A DNA stretch of 20,420 bases from Promethearchaeota archaeon (GTDB lineage Archaea > Asgardarchaeota > Lokiarchaeia > Sigyniarchaeales > SOKP01): positions 1 through 20,420 of the forward strand of contig SHMW01000077.1 of NCBI GenBank assembly GCA_008080735.1, read 5' to 3'. Position numbers and translations under genes: made by a program. Positions 1-9,498 of this stretch are shown piece after piece (within the stretch, counting starts at the first letter, position 1; every line of letters starts with the position of its first letter). The notes under the pieces were generated by a model, which was not told the DNA's origin, ran no database searches, and was given only the letters and a program-made list of their open reading frames with translations.

Positions 1-140
1 ACGGAAATTAGATAATGGAAGAATAAAACCTTATAAGGAATTAGGAAGAATGATTATTGATATGATTATCGAAATTTACACTCAGATACTTCTAAAAAAT
101 TAAGAAAAAAAAAGAAATAAATTTGAATTTTTTTCTTTCT

Positions 141-1355
141 CTAATTATTTTTTGTATCAGTCTCCTTTAACAATAAAGATAAGATCACCAAAACAAATGC
201 TATAGATGTAAGAAAGATTAAAGCTGGTAGATAATCTCCAGTTGGAGTAGTAAAGTCAACTAATCCTAATATAAAAATTATACCTCCAATTTGTCCTACC
301 ATCATTAATGCTCCATTCGAAGTGGCTTCTGGGACTGGAGCAGTTATTTCAACAGCATATTCCAATGCAACTGGTCCTGCGGATAAGATTCCAAATCCCA
401 ATAAGAATCCAAACATATATAATAACAACTCATCCGCAGTAAAGGACAATATTGCCAGAGAGACCGTAGTGACTGACACGGAGGTTAAAATCAATATTTT
501 TCGTTTTTTATATTTATCAGAGAGAGCAGACATTACCACACAACCTATAATTCCCCCTAAAAGCATTATAGCCCCTATTAATCCCGCATCAAGAGCATTA
601 TATCCACGAGGAGCTAATATAAGCTCAATATAAGTCGTGATCATATTGAATGCTCCTAATCCTACGAAAAACAGAACGACCAGAATCAAGAAATATTTAT
701 TAGTAAAAATTTTTTTAATTCCATCGAACATAAATACTTTTTCTACTGTTGCTCTTTTAGACGGAGGAGTAGGTGGTTCTGCTTTAACAAATACCACAAA
801 TAGAATCCCAGAAACTAATGATAAAACTCCATATGTTAATAACATTATAGAAAGATCAGTCCCCACAAGAAGCATGGGAGTAATGAATAATCCCAATGCG
901 ATTCCAATAAATTGTGATATTAGGGATAATCCCGTTGCTGTAGTTCTTTCAGATTCAGGAAACCAATTTGCTGATAATTTTGTAATACTATTCAATATAA
1001 ATGGTTGTCCAATGGCAATTCCAATTTGAAATATCAAGGCAAATTCATAATTGCGTCCGGCTAGAAATCTTAAAAATCCGAACACACCCGCCAATATTGC
1101 TCCGATACCTGCTCCTATTCTCAAATTATATTTGTCTATAACCCATGATGCTAAAAAATTTACGGGTATATATACAATCATAAAAATTAGTGAAAGAAGC
1201 AAAATCGATATTTCATCTACACCATAAAATGTTGTAGCTTCTATCGTCACGGCACCATAAGAAATCCAGAGAATTTGCATAGTAATATTGCTAAACATAA
1301 ATAAAAGTAAAATAATCCATCGGTACCCATAGACTTGAACTTCTTTTTCTGACAT
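141..1355 (-). CDS. Major facilitator superfamily transporter (FLVCR/SLC49-like)
   Basis: 404 aa with about 12 hydrophobic segments; N-terminal 'YGYRWIIL', MFS motif-A-like 'SWVIDKYNLR' and 'SALSDKYKKRK', and 'ANWFPESERTTATG' typical of this MFS group. Confidence 0.9.
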   Translation of the reverse strand: MSEKEVQVYGYRWIILLLFMFSNITMQILWISYGAVTIEATTFYGVDEISILLLSLIFMIVYIPVNFLASWVIDKYNLRIGAGIGAILAGVFGFLRFLAGRNYEFALIFQIGIAIGQPFILNSITKLSANWFPESERTTATGLSLISQFIGIALGLFITPMLLVGTDLSIMLLTYGVLSLVSGILFVVFVKAEPPTPPSKRATVEKVFMFDGIKKIFTNKYFLILVVLFFVGLGAFNMITTYIELILAPRGYNALDAGLIGAIMLLGGIIGCVVMSALSDKYKKRKILILTSVSVTTVSLAILSFTADELLLYMFGFLLGFGILSAGPVALEYAVEITAPVPEATSNGALMMVGQIGGIIFILGLVDFTTPTGDYLPALIFLTSIAFVLVILSLLLKETDTKNN

Positions 1356-1536
1356 ATTAATTCAATTTCCTAATTTTTTTTTCACATTATAAATATTGAA
1401 TAATTATTTATTGCTTCTATAGTAATTAAATGTTATTTGCTAATGGACTATTAACATTTTTAAAGATGGATCTTTACTATTTCCTATCGGGAAACACTAA
1501 ATCAAAATTTTTGTATATACGACGAGTAGAAGTTTT

Positions 1537-2589
1537 ATGGAAAAAATGTTAGCTGCAGTCTTTCATAAGGATAAGGGAAAAGACACTGGTAAAGTTAAGC
1601 TTGAAGAGGTGCCTAAACCAGAAATTGAAGAAGATAATCAGATTTTAATTGAGGTAAAAGCATGCGGTATTTGTGGTACAGATTTAAAGATTTTAGAGGG
1701 TGGACATCCCGCAAATGATAATACGATATTGGGGCACGAATTTTCCGGAATTGTCAGGGACGTGGGGAACCAAGTAAAAGATCTCATCATCGGAGATAAA
1801 GTAATCGTAGATCCCAACGAGAAATGCGGTTTTTGCGAAGCGTGCCGAAGGGGGCTTCCGAATTTGTGTTCCCATCTTGCTACTGGAACCACATTTGGCA
1901 TATTTCAAAATGGAGGGTTTGCGAATTATTGCGTCGTGCCCAGAAATAGTATATTTACCATTCCAAAAGAAATGGATTTAGACTCGGCTGCATTAATTGA
2001 ACCGCTTTCGTGTGCGATTCACTGTCATAATATTGCGGATGTCCGGGAATCTGATAATGTGGTAATAATCGGCGCGGGATCAATGGGATTGATTATTGAA
2101 ACGATTATTAGGCCCCATCCATTAAAAAATTTAATTTGTATAGAACCTGATGAGTGGAGAGCTCAGAAAGCGCTGGAACTTGGAGCAGACTATATCATTA
2201 ATCCCACAGAACGAAATGTAAAAGGGGAAATAGAAAAAATTACGAATCGGAGAGGAGCAAATGTCATTATAGATGCGGTTGGTATCAGTGATACTTTTGA
2301 AATGGCACAAAAAATTTGGGCTCATGGAGCGAGGTTAGTGTGTTTTGGACAAGATGATCGAGCAATTGCCCATATACGACCGAATGATATTGTCCGATAT
2401 CAAAGACAAATATTAGGTTCTTATATAAGCACAGCTTGCGACTTTTTAGACGCGATTGAATTAATTGCTAATGAAATTATTGAGATTGAAAAGCTTATAA
2501 CGCATCAAATTGAGCTGTCTGAGCTTTTGACAAAAGGATTTGAATTAATGAAGGGGCGACAATGTATTAAGATCATCACAAACCCATAA
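1537..2589 (+). CDS. Zn-dependent medium-chain alcohol/polyol dehydrogenase (threonine/sorbitol dehydrogenase-like)
   Basis: CGICGTD and GHE catalytic Zn motifs, structural CxxCxxCx7C (CGFCEACRRGLPNLC), Rossmann GAGSMG. Confidence 0.92.
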   Translation: MEKMLAAVFHKDKGKDTGKVKLEEVPKPEIEEDNQILIEVKACGICGTDLKILEGGHPANDNTILGHEFSGIVRDVGNQVKDLIIGDKVIVDPNEKCGFCEACRRGLPNLCSHLATGTTFGIFQNGGFANYCVVPRNSIFTIPKEMDLDSAALIEPLSCAIHCHNIADVRESDNVVIIGAGSMGLIIETIIRPHPLKNLICIEPDEWRAQKALELGADYIINPTERNVKGEIEKITNRRGANVIIDAVGISDTFEMAQKIWAHGARLVCFGQDDRAIAHIRPNDIVRYQRQILGSYISTACDFLDAIELIANEIIEIEKLITHQIELSELLTKGFELMKGRQCIKIITNP

Positions 2590-2647
2590 AAAGGAAGAAA
2601 TATATTATCATAAAAAAGTTTAAGATTCAGCAAGGTTTAAAAACAGT

Positions 2648-3193
2648 ATGGAATTCGATTTATCTTCCTTTAAGGTCCTCATTAAAAAAATATTTCCTCC
2701 AAATAAGTGTGTTTATACTGTAGATACCAGCGAAGATGGAAATACTGATTCGATCTTAATAAGAGCGGTAAATGTGGTAATTCCCATTGAAATTCCCGAA
2801 GAATTGGATATCGAGGATATGATCGGTGGGGAAATGGACTCAGAAAATCTAGATTTTTCAAGTTTTCTTACTTTATATCTTGACGAGGAACAAATTAATT
2901 TGCCAAAAAATCTAAAAAGCGAAAAATCTCTGATAGAACATTTCTCACTGTATCATAAAGACCAGAAACTCTCATTTAATGACTTAGTTGAAGGTAAATT
3001 TGGGGGAAGAACGATTGGATTAGGAGATAAGATCGATATTGTATTGAAAGTGGGTGAAAAAACCCTCAATAAACTCACTGAAGGTAAACATACTCTCACT
3101 CTCGAATCCTCCTCATTTCCCTCTTTGGATGTTCATTTCAATTTGTCAGAGGATAACTTTAATCGCATATATTCAGATGGAGAATTACAGTAA
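2648..3193 (+). CDS. Hypothetical acidic protein
   Basis: 181-aa ATG ORF filling the gap with plausible composition; no motif recognised. Confidence 0.7.
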   Translation: MEFDLSSFKVLIKKIFPPNKCVYTVDTSEDGNTDSILIRAVNVVIPIEIPEELDIEDMIGGEMDSENLDFSSFLTLYLDEEQINLPKNLKSEKSLIEHFSLYHKDQKLSFNDLVEGKFGGRTIGLGDKIDIVLKVGEKTLNKLTEGKHTLTLESSSFPSLDVHFNLSEDNFNRIYSDGELQ

Positions 3194-3277
3194 AATTCCT
3201 TTTTTTCTTAACCCTTCGTATAAAATTTTTGATATTTAAAAAGAAGTTTGGGGTTTTTATTCTCAGATCTATACATT

Positions 3278-3916
3278 ATGATTAGAAGGAAAATGACCGT
3301 AAGCAATATTGATAAGTGTGTAAATGTCAATGATCTGATAGATTCATTATTTATCACGTTCATATGCCCTATTTGTAAGACTAAAAAAGAATTACGATTT
3401 CCAAAATCCGTGGTTGACGAAAATAAGAATCTTACCACCATCTCCATTCCAAAAGGGCTCATCTGCGCGCATCATTTTCAAGCATTTATTGATAAAAACT
3501 ATAATATTAGGGGATATCAAAAAGTCGATTTTGAGTTCACACCTCGCTCTGAGAATATCCCGAAGCGACACCGTAAAAGTAGACATATCAAATCGGATAT
3601 GGAATTATTTAAACACCTAATCTGTGAGGGTAATTATCTAGAATATTATCCAGAACGATTTACGAAAAACCAACAATCCAAAATGAGAAACCAAGAGGTT
3701 CTGAAGAAAAATCAGCCACATAAGCAAGAAGTGGGACCACAAGAACCTGATCCAGTTCCTCAACCAATACCTAAAGAGCCCGTTTCCCCTTTTGATAAGT
3801 ATAGAGAACGAAGTTTGGAAGAAATCTATGAAGATTTTTGGGAATTTATTAATGATGAGAATGAAGCATTCCAAAAATTCATCATCAACGACCATAGACG
3901 CAATTTCGATATGTAA
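3278..3916 (+). CDS. Hypothetical protein with N-terminal CxxC...CxH putative Zn-binding domain
   Basis: FICPICK...ICAHHF; Pro/Gln-rich linker; aromatic/acidic C-terminal segment. ATG 3278 chosen over TTG 3248; ATG 3293 is also possible. Confidence 0.75.
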   Translation: MIRRKMTVSNIDKCVNVNDLIDSLFITFICPICKTKKELRFPKSVVDENKNLTTISIPKGLICAHHFQAFIDKNYNIRGYQKVDFEFTPRSENIPKRHRKSRHIKSDMELFKHLICEGNYLEYYPERFTKNQQSKMRNQEVLKKNQPHKQEVGPQEPDPVPQPIPKEPVSPFDKYRERSLEEIYEDFWEFINDENEAFQKFIINDHRRNFDM

Positions 3917-3994
3917 TATTAATTAAAGGATGTTTACAGTAGGGAGATCTTTTAAATCTAATAAGAATTAGTACGATTAAATGAAAATATTAAA

Positions 3995-4097
3995 TGCCAA
4001 GAGAGGGATTTGAACCCTCGATACCCAGATCTTCAGTCTGGTGCGTTCCCGGGTTTCGTTTTTCCCAGAAAGTGGGGAAAATCTACGCCACCTTGGC
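3995..4097 (-). tRNA. tRNA-Phe(GAA) with 29-nt D-loop intron
   Basis: Minus strand: GCCAAGG TG GCGT AG[29 nt]CCCGGGA ACGC A CCAGA CT-GAA-GA TCTGG GTATC GAGGG TTCAAAT CCCTC TCTTGGC A; removing the insert gives a 74-nt cloverleaf; CCA not encoded. Confidence 0.93.
4054..4082 (-). other. tRNA intron at position 15/16 (relaxed BHB motif)
   Basis: GCGT AG^A TTTTCCC-cactttct-GGGAAAA ACGA AA^C: two 3-nt bulges, central helix GCGT/ACGA (3 of 4 paired), 7-bp intron stem. Confidence 0.85.
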
Positions 4098-4287
4098 AAC
4101 ATTGTGTTTTCTTACTTGGTATCCATAAGGATCGTGTTTTTTCCTTAATAAGATAACTATTAGAATCAAGAATCAATTATAAATTTTTTTAGTCTATAAA
4201 GAAGAACCAATTCTAAGGCTCTAAAATTTTATTCTGTGAAAAAATTTGTGGGTTTATATCCAAAAAAAGTCTGAAAATTTTGATGTT

Positions 4288-5034
4288 TCATAACTTTAAA
4301 ATTTTATTTTTCATTTCTGCTGAAATTTTTTCGCACGCAGTACGTAAGGTAGATCGGGAAAAATACATTCTATTCTCCATTAGATATTTAAAAACCATAT
4401 CGGGTTTATATTTTAAACATGTTTTTAACATCCAACCGATTGCCTTTTGGATATACTCTTCTGGATCGTCTCTCAAATCTTCAGCCAATTTAAAGAGAAA
4501 ATCCTCATTAAAATTCTTATGTAACATCGCTCTTTTGAGAAAGATTACCATTGATGCCCTCTTAATCCATAGATGTTCAGATGATGCCCAAGCTTTAATA
4601 ATTTTTTTGGCAAGCGCAGAATTTTCCTTTTTTGCTAAATATGGACCCAAAACTTTAATCATACTGCTGTCGCAAAAAGCCCAAGTATTACAATAGTTTT
4701 TTAAGGCATTATAATACGCATCAATAATCATTTCATCAAAATTTTTTTTGAATCGGCTTATAAAGCTAATGGTAACCATTTTTTCGTCGTGAATATGAGT
4801 ATTGATAAGAATTTTGAAAATCTGCAAAGCCTCTTCATATGAAATTTCATATTGATTTGTAATAGAAAGTGCAACCGAATCGAGCTGTGGAACTCTCAAA
4901 CCGTAACTGAGAAACGCGGGATCGGATGAGTTTAATATCCTTTTCTCCCACTCTGCATTTTTATTGTTTCTTACTGGGACCTCCTCCTTAAGAAGGTTTC
5001 TAATTTCACGCGTGATCTTATGTATTTTATTCAT
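4288..5034 (-). CDS. AlkD-like DNA alkylation repair protein (HEAT-repeat DNA glycosylase family)
   Basis: Family motifs YGLRVPQL, NTWAFCD, W..SEHLWIKRAS, DPEEYIQKAIGWML; start overlaps the upstream gene's stop (ATGA, 5031-5034). Confidence 0.88.
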   Translation of the reverse strand: MNKIHKITREIRNLLKEEVPVRNNKNAEWEKRILNSSDPAFLSYGLRVPQLDSVALSITNQYEISYEEALQIFKILINTHIHDEKMVTISFISRFKKNFDEMIIDAYYNALKNYCNTWAFCDSSMIKVLGPYLAKKENSALAKKIIKAWASSEHLWIKRASMVIFLKRAMLHKNFNEDFLFKLAEDLRDDPEEYIQKAIGWMLKTCLKYKPDMVFKYLMENRMYFSRSTLRTACEKISAEMKNKILKL

Positions 5035-6200
5035 AAAAATCTGTCCAATGTTTTTTTATCTCGATCTTTTTCTCCCCTTTTCAAATAAGGTTTTACAAAT
5101 TCGATAATCTCATTACTAAAATTTCTGAGCCGTTTAAGCTCTCCGCGTTTAAAATAGTTGATAATTGACTCATCTAAATTATTAATGGAAAGCCCCGCCC
5201 ATTTCATCTTATTATTTGAAGAACCGAGGATGGTATTTTTATATTCTTCATTTAAAAGCACTTCGGCGATGATATAATTCCATTTGCGATAGTCAGACGG
5301 GATCCAGCGTTTTACCCTGGTTTTTAATCCATATTTTTGACATAAATTATATATTTTTAAGTTCATTTGATTCAAATATTTATAGAGCTCATTCTTTTCA
5401 GAATTATTACCATAAAGCTTCAATAATGGTTTGACGATATCGCGATATTTACTTTTACGTAATTTGGTAATAAAAAATTCTTGTTGCACATCTCTCATGG
5501 TCAATCCGGGCGCAAATAAGACAAATTTAGCCCCCGCGTTCTTTGATTCTTTAATCACCTCTTCGATTTGGTCATAATTATCCTCCAGATAGGGAACAAT
5601 GGGCATAAAATACGTCCCTACTTGAATTTCCGGGGCTTTTTGCTTTATTTCTTTTAAAGCTCTCATACGTGCTTGAGGAGGGGAAGACCTGGGTTCCAAT
5701 AAGCTAGCAATCTCCTCATCCATCGTAGAGACAGAGAATCCAATGGTACACCACGTATCCTTTGCAATCTGCTTGAATAAATCTATATCTCTTGTGACGA
5801 GATCGGATTTTGTGGCCAAGTTTACCGGAAATCTAAATTTCATAAGGATCTTCAGTAATTTGCGAGTATTTTTCACTTTCTTCTCGACGGGCTGATATGC
5901 ATCACAAATACCACCAGGACCAATCACATCTCTCAAAAGTGAGCGTGAATTTTTAATTGTGGCTTCTAATTTTTTCGCAAATTTGTCTTTTATAATAATT
6001 TCATCTTCAAAATTTTGGGTAAGATAATATCGCTGACTTCTCGCATCACAATATATACATACATGCTCACATCCAGAATAAGGATTCGCGGTATATCTAG
6101 CCCAAAACCATGAATCGGGATACTTTAATTTATTTATCGCTGTTTTGAATTCTTTATAAATATAGGTAACCATCCTTACAGAGTATAATTCAAAAGACAT
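5031..6200 (-). CDS. Radical SAM protein, SplB/Rv2578c-like DNA-repair-associated family
   Basis: NPYSGCEHVCIYCDAR (CxxxCxxC), DAYQPVE, TKSDLVTRDIDL, LEPRSSPPQAR; start could be ATG 6173. Confidence 0.88.
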   Translation of the reverse strand: MSFELYSVRMVTYIYKEFKTAINKLKYPDSWFWARYTANPYSGCEHVCIYCDARSQRYYLTQNFEDEIIIKDKFAKKLEATIKNSRSLLRDVIGPGGICDAYQPVEKKVKNTRKLLKILMKFRFPVNLATKSDLVTRDIDLFKQIAKDTWCTIGFSVSTMDEEIASLLEPRSSPPQARMRALKEIKQKAPEIQVGTYFMPIVPYLEDNYDQIEEVIKESKNAGAKFVLFAPGLTMRDVQQEFFITKLRKSKYRDIVKPLLKLYGNNSEKNELYKYLNQMNLKIYNLCQKYGLKTRVKRWIPSDYRKWNYIIAEVLLNEEYKNTILGSSNNKMKWAGLSINNLDESIINYFKRGELKRLRNFSNEIIEFVKPYLKRGEKDRDKKTLDRFL

Positions 6201-6268
6201 TTAAATGATTTTGGAGATGAAAACTAGTTTAAAATCATATCATAAATAGGTATATCATTAAAAAAAGG

Positions 6269-6358
6269 TGAAAAAACGCCCCGAGATTGTAGCATGAAAA
6301 ATAGGTAATTCATGGCGAAAGTTGGTTGATGAAGTTTAATTAATTGGGCGTTTTTTCA
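6269..6358. repeat. 13-bp perfect inverted repeat enclosing 64 nt
   Basis: TGAAAAAACGCCC (6269-6281) / GGGCGTTTTTTCA (6346-6358); inner CATGAA (6293-6298) / TTCATG (6309-6314). Confidence 0.7.
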
Positions 6359-6472
6359 TTTTGCTAGTGATAATCTAATATTATATTTTTATTGATTATA
6401 ATTACTAAGATGAGATCAAATCTGTTAAAACGAATGGTAAAGGAAATCTTAGGCAAGGATAAGAGAATTGAG

Positions 6473-6543
6473 TGCGCCGTCCGGGAATCGAACCCGGGTC
6501 ATTGGCTTGGAAGGCCAACATCCTACCGCTAGACTAACGGCGC
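6473..6543 (-). tRNA. tRNA-Gly(TCC)
   Basis: GCGCCGT TA GTCTAGCGGTAGGAT G TTGGC CT-TCC-AA GCCAA TGAC CCGGG TTCGATT CCCGG ACGGCGC A; 71 nt, no intron, CCA not encoded. Confidence 0.96.
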
Positions 6544-6689
6544 ATCGAGGGTTAGAGATCTCAGATGTATTGATCAAAAAGATATGATCTTTAAATAATC
6601 ATTTCTTTTATTTTTGTTGCTTTTCTCAGAAGAAAATCTTATATATACGAAAAATAACTTTAATTAAAGGTTTAGAAAAGGTTTAATAG

Positions 6690-7406
6690 ATGAAAGATAA
6701 AATTTGGTTGGGCATTCCTAGCCTTTTTATGATGATTTCGGGAACTCTTCATTTAATCACGGGGATCCTTGCTGTTGGATTAGTTGAATTATGTGTCACG
6801 CTCTTCATCTTTACGGGGTTTTTCCTTCCACTTTCTATATTGCTCCTTATCCAGCTTATGCAAAACACCTATAAAGAAAAAGAGAATGTTATCATGATGT
6901 CGACAACGGTTTCCTTTCTTAATTTACTGATGCTTATCACTCAATTAGTGATTAATTCTCCACGAGATCGCGACTATATTTATCCAATCTTAGTAATTCT
7001 GGTGGGCATTAACATAATTAATTTTTCCTTTTTGTTGAGCTTTAAAACCAGGATCGCCCAAATGGGGTTTCATGAAAAAGTACGTTATTTTTGTGTGGTA
7101 CTGATCCGTGGGCTCGGCATCAGTTTACTTTTTAATGTATTAACATGGATTGGCTGGCCGCCCGATCCAAACATAATAATGATTCTATACGTCCTTATCT
7201 TCGGCAGTCTTTATGTACTTAACGGTTATTATTTGTTTGCAATGAAAAAAAGTAAGTGGGTGAATTTGGAATTACTTGTTGTTCTTCTCTCTTCCTTAAT
7301 CCTTGGGATACTGTCCTATTTATCATTTTCTCATCCGAATTTACTTATTAGCTCAACATTATTTATCCTTTTAGTTCCTATGATTATATATGATGCAAAA
7401 ACATAG
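6690..7406 (+). CDS. Hypothetical polytopic membrane protein
   Basis: 238 aa with about 8 hydrophobic segments. Confidence 0.75.
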   Translation: MKDKIWLGIPSLFMMISGTLHLITGILAVGLVELCVTLFIFTGFFLPLSILLLIQLMQNTYKEKENVIMMSTTVSFLNLLMLITQLVINSPRDRDYIYPILVILVGINIINFSFLLSFKTRIAQMGFHEKVRYFCVVLIRGLGISLLFNVLTWIGWPPDPNIIMILYVLIFGSLYVLNGYYLFAMKKSKWVNLELLVVLLSSLILGILSYLSFSHPNLLISSTLFILLVPMIIYDAKT

Positions 7407-7528
7407 ATTTTCTAATAAACAGGAAAGATAAAAAAACCGTAATGATTATTTTGTATGCTTTTATGATTTCCGTTTGGAATCTCTATAGAAAGAGAATAAG
7501 AAAAAAAAGGTGTATTGATTACTTAATT

Positions 7529-7963
7529 TTATTTTAAGGTATTTAATTCCATGACATGTTCATTCTCGTCGGCAATGATCTCCCTAAGTTTATGGATTAT
7601 TTGGAACCATGAATATTTTAATTCTTCTCTCATCTGCCTTACTTCGTCATAAATTTCCATGTAATAATCAATAGCCGTCTTCTCATCGTGTAAATTAGTA
7701 TCTAATATATCAGCCAAGCCTTTAGCGGAATGTGGATCAGACATTTCCATTGTTGGAATACCACCGAGATAACCCGCTATAATTTCTCGAAATTTTACCT
7801 CGTGAGCTTCTTCATCAGACGCCAATTCTTCCAATCTCTCAATGATCGGTTCTGCATTTGGCCCACTGATTTGTTGAGCGTGGGTCATATACTGAATCCG
7901 GGCTTGGTGTTCTAATGTGAGTGCCTTATTGAACATGTCAATTAATTCTTCTTTGGTTGTCAT
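7529..7963 (-). CDS. Ferritin-like di-iron four-helix-bundle protein (bacterioferritin/DPSL-like)
   Basis: Paired E...ExxH ligands: LTLEHQA, DEEAHE, HDEKTA, DENEHV. Confidence 0.85.
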   Translation of the reverse strand: MTTKEELIDMFNKALTLEHQARIQYMTHAQQISGPNAEPIIERLEELASDEEAHEVKFREIIAGYLGGIPTMEMSDPHSAKGLADILDTNLHDEKTAIDYYMEIYDEVRQMREELKYSWFQIIHKLREIIADENEHVMELNTLK

Positions 7964-8150
7964 AATTTTTTAAGATGTTTTCTTTGATCACAATATCCCT
8001 AATGAGTTTTTATACCTTTTAGTTATAGTTTATTAAATCTCGATGAGAGAGACTCTATTCTAAAAGTAAATTTATTTTGGAATGCAATTCGAAAAAAGAT
8101 GAGAGTATCCAGAAAATAGTGTCTTTTCTCTAATTGTGGAGAATAATAAA

Positions 8151-8825
8151 TTAAAAGAGCTCAGCCATTATTTCATAGAATGTAATTACCTTACTTACCA
8201 CAATCCAGGCAAAGAGAGATTCCTTAAAGAGAGATATTTTATTAGCTGTAAGAGAAGTAATTTTATCTGAAAAATGAGCTTTTTGAAATCCACCGATGAA
8301 GAGAACATAATCATTAGAAAGTCCATTTTTATATAAATCAGTATAGGATGAGATAAGATGTCCATCTTCGGAGAGTATAATCGCTTGGGCATCCTCAATC
8401 TCCTGCAGCTTGGCTTGTAATGATTTTTTGATAGGTGCGATGAGATATTTTCCATCTACCTTGATTCCGTTGTCAATTAGCAGTTTTGCCATTAACCCTT
8501 TAAATCTATTAAAATTCTTTGTAATTCGAATGTTTGGATTGATTTCAAACAATCGATCGTGAAGGGTATGGACAAAAATCTTTAATTGTCCTATTTTATT
8601 TAAAGGAGAGCCAAGAGCATTAAGTAAACACAAATGGACTATATCTGGTCTACCGCGTTTACGTTGATTTTTAAGATTTTTCATCGCGGAATGGTGAAGA
8701 GCATTATCTAATAATTGAGTGTAATAGTTTTTCATAGAAAGATTCCTTCGCACTGCGGGATGCCTCCTGATCTTTTTCGGGATTAGTTCTAACCCACACT
8801 CAACGAGGAAAATAGTTAGCGTCAT
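8151..8825 (-). CDS. nep1: 16S rRNA pseudouridine N1-methyltransferase Nep1/Emg1
   Basis: LELIP, RGRPDIVHLCLL..L.SPLN, FNRFKGLM, IGGF motifs. Confidence 0.95.
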   Translation of the reverse strand: MTLTIFLVECGLELIPKKIRRHPAVRRNLSMKNYYTQLLDNALHHSAMKNLKNQRKRGRPDIVHLCLLNALGSPLNKIGQLKIFVHTLHDRLFEINPNIRITKNFNRFKGLMAKLLIDNGIKVDGKYLIAPIKKSLQAKLQEIEDAQAIILSEDGHLISSYTDLYKNGLSNDYVLFIGGFQKAHFSDKITSLTANKISLFKESLFAWIVVSKVITFYEIMAELF

Positions 8826-8871
8826 AACTGATGAAATAACTAAGATTTCTATAATTATATATTTTTAGTCA

Positions 8872-9192
8872 TTAAGATATATGAATATAATAACGCGTTG
8901 TGTGGCCGCAATCCAAACATGTAAGAGTAATATGCGAGCCTTTTCCTTTCCTGGATTGAAGCCGAATCCGGCAATTTTTCCCCGGATACAAGAAAGTCTT
9001 ACACTGATGACAAATTCTGCGTTTCCATTTTTTTGGTATTTTTACTTTTGCTCGTTGGGCATATCTTCTGGCCAAATCCGCATATCGATTTGCGAGGATT
9101 TTATCTTTTAGAAATGTTTTTTCCGCCAGATTAAATAGAAATAGCATTCGAGTTTTTGCGATTTCTCTCGCAACTTTTTTAAAATTAGTCAT
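8872..9192 (-). CDS. rnp4: RNase P protein component 4 (Rpp21)
   Basis: IAKTRM..LF..A, KRRICHQC...L.PG, TCLDCGHTTRY zinc ribbon. Confidence 0.95.
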   Translation of the reverse strand: MTNFKKVAREIAKTRMLFLFNLAEKTFLKDKILANRYADLARRYAQRAKVKIPKKWKRRICHQCKTFLYPGKNCRIRLQSRKGKGSHITLTCLDCGHTTRYYIHIS

Positions 9193-9222
9193 AATATTTG
9201 TCTATCAGTGTTTAGATCATTC

Positions 9223-9498
9223 CTATTTCACGTCAATAGGAGTCTTTGAGAGAATAATGGTTCGACCTCGTGAATCTACTAAATAAGAATCAGTCTTATG
9301 AGCAATGGTGTCCGCAAGCTCGTCGATTTTCATAGAATGAAGAGCGTTTTTTAAGATCTTGATTTTGACAATCTTATGGGCCTTTAATAGAGTTTTTACA
9401 TGTTGGACAAAACCTGCGTTCTCTTCGATTCCTTTTTTACCTAAAATTGTATGTGGCTTATTTAGGAGAACATCCTTAAATTTCTCTTTAGCATCCAT
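9223..9498 (-). CDS. yhbY: YhbY/CRM-domain RNA-binding protein
   Basis: P.TILGKKGI, LKAHKIVKIKIL, RGRTIIL; usual neighbour of rnp4 and rps19e. Confidence 0.88.
   Translation of the reverse strand: MDAKEKFKDVLLNKPHTILGKKGIEENAGFVQHVKTLLKAHKIVKIKILKNALHSMKIDELADTIAHKTDSYLVDSRGRTIILSKTPIDVK

Noticed and set aside
6290-6335. SECIS or C/D-box sRNA inside the inverted-repeat element (ATGA, TGATGA present)
   Set aside because: There is no adequate stem between ATGA and a GA partner, no CTGA D box, and no adjacent gene with an in-frame Sec TGA.
3995-6543. Integrated element between the two tRNAs
   Set aside because: No integrase or transposase gene and no duplicated tRNA 3' end (att site) is visible.
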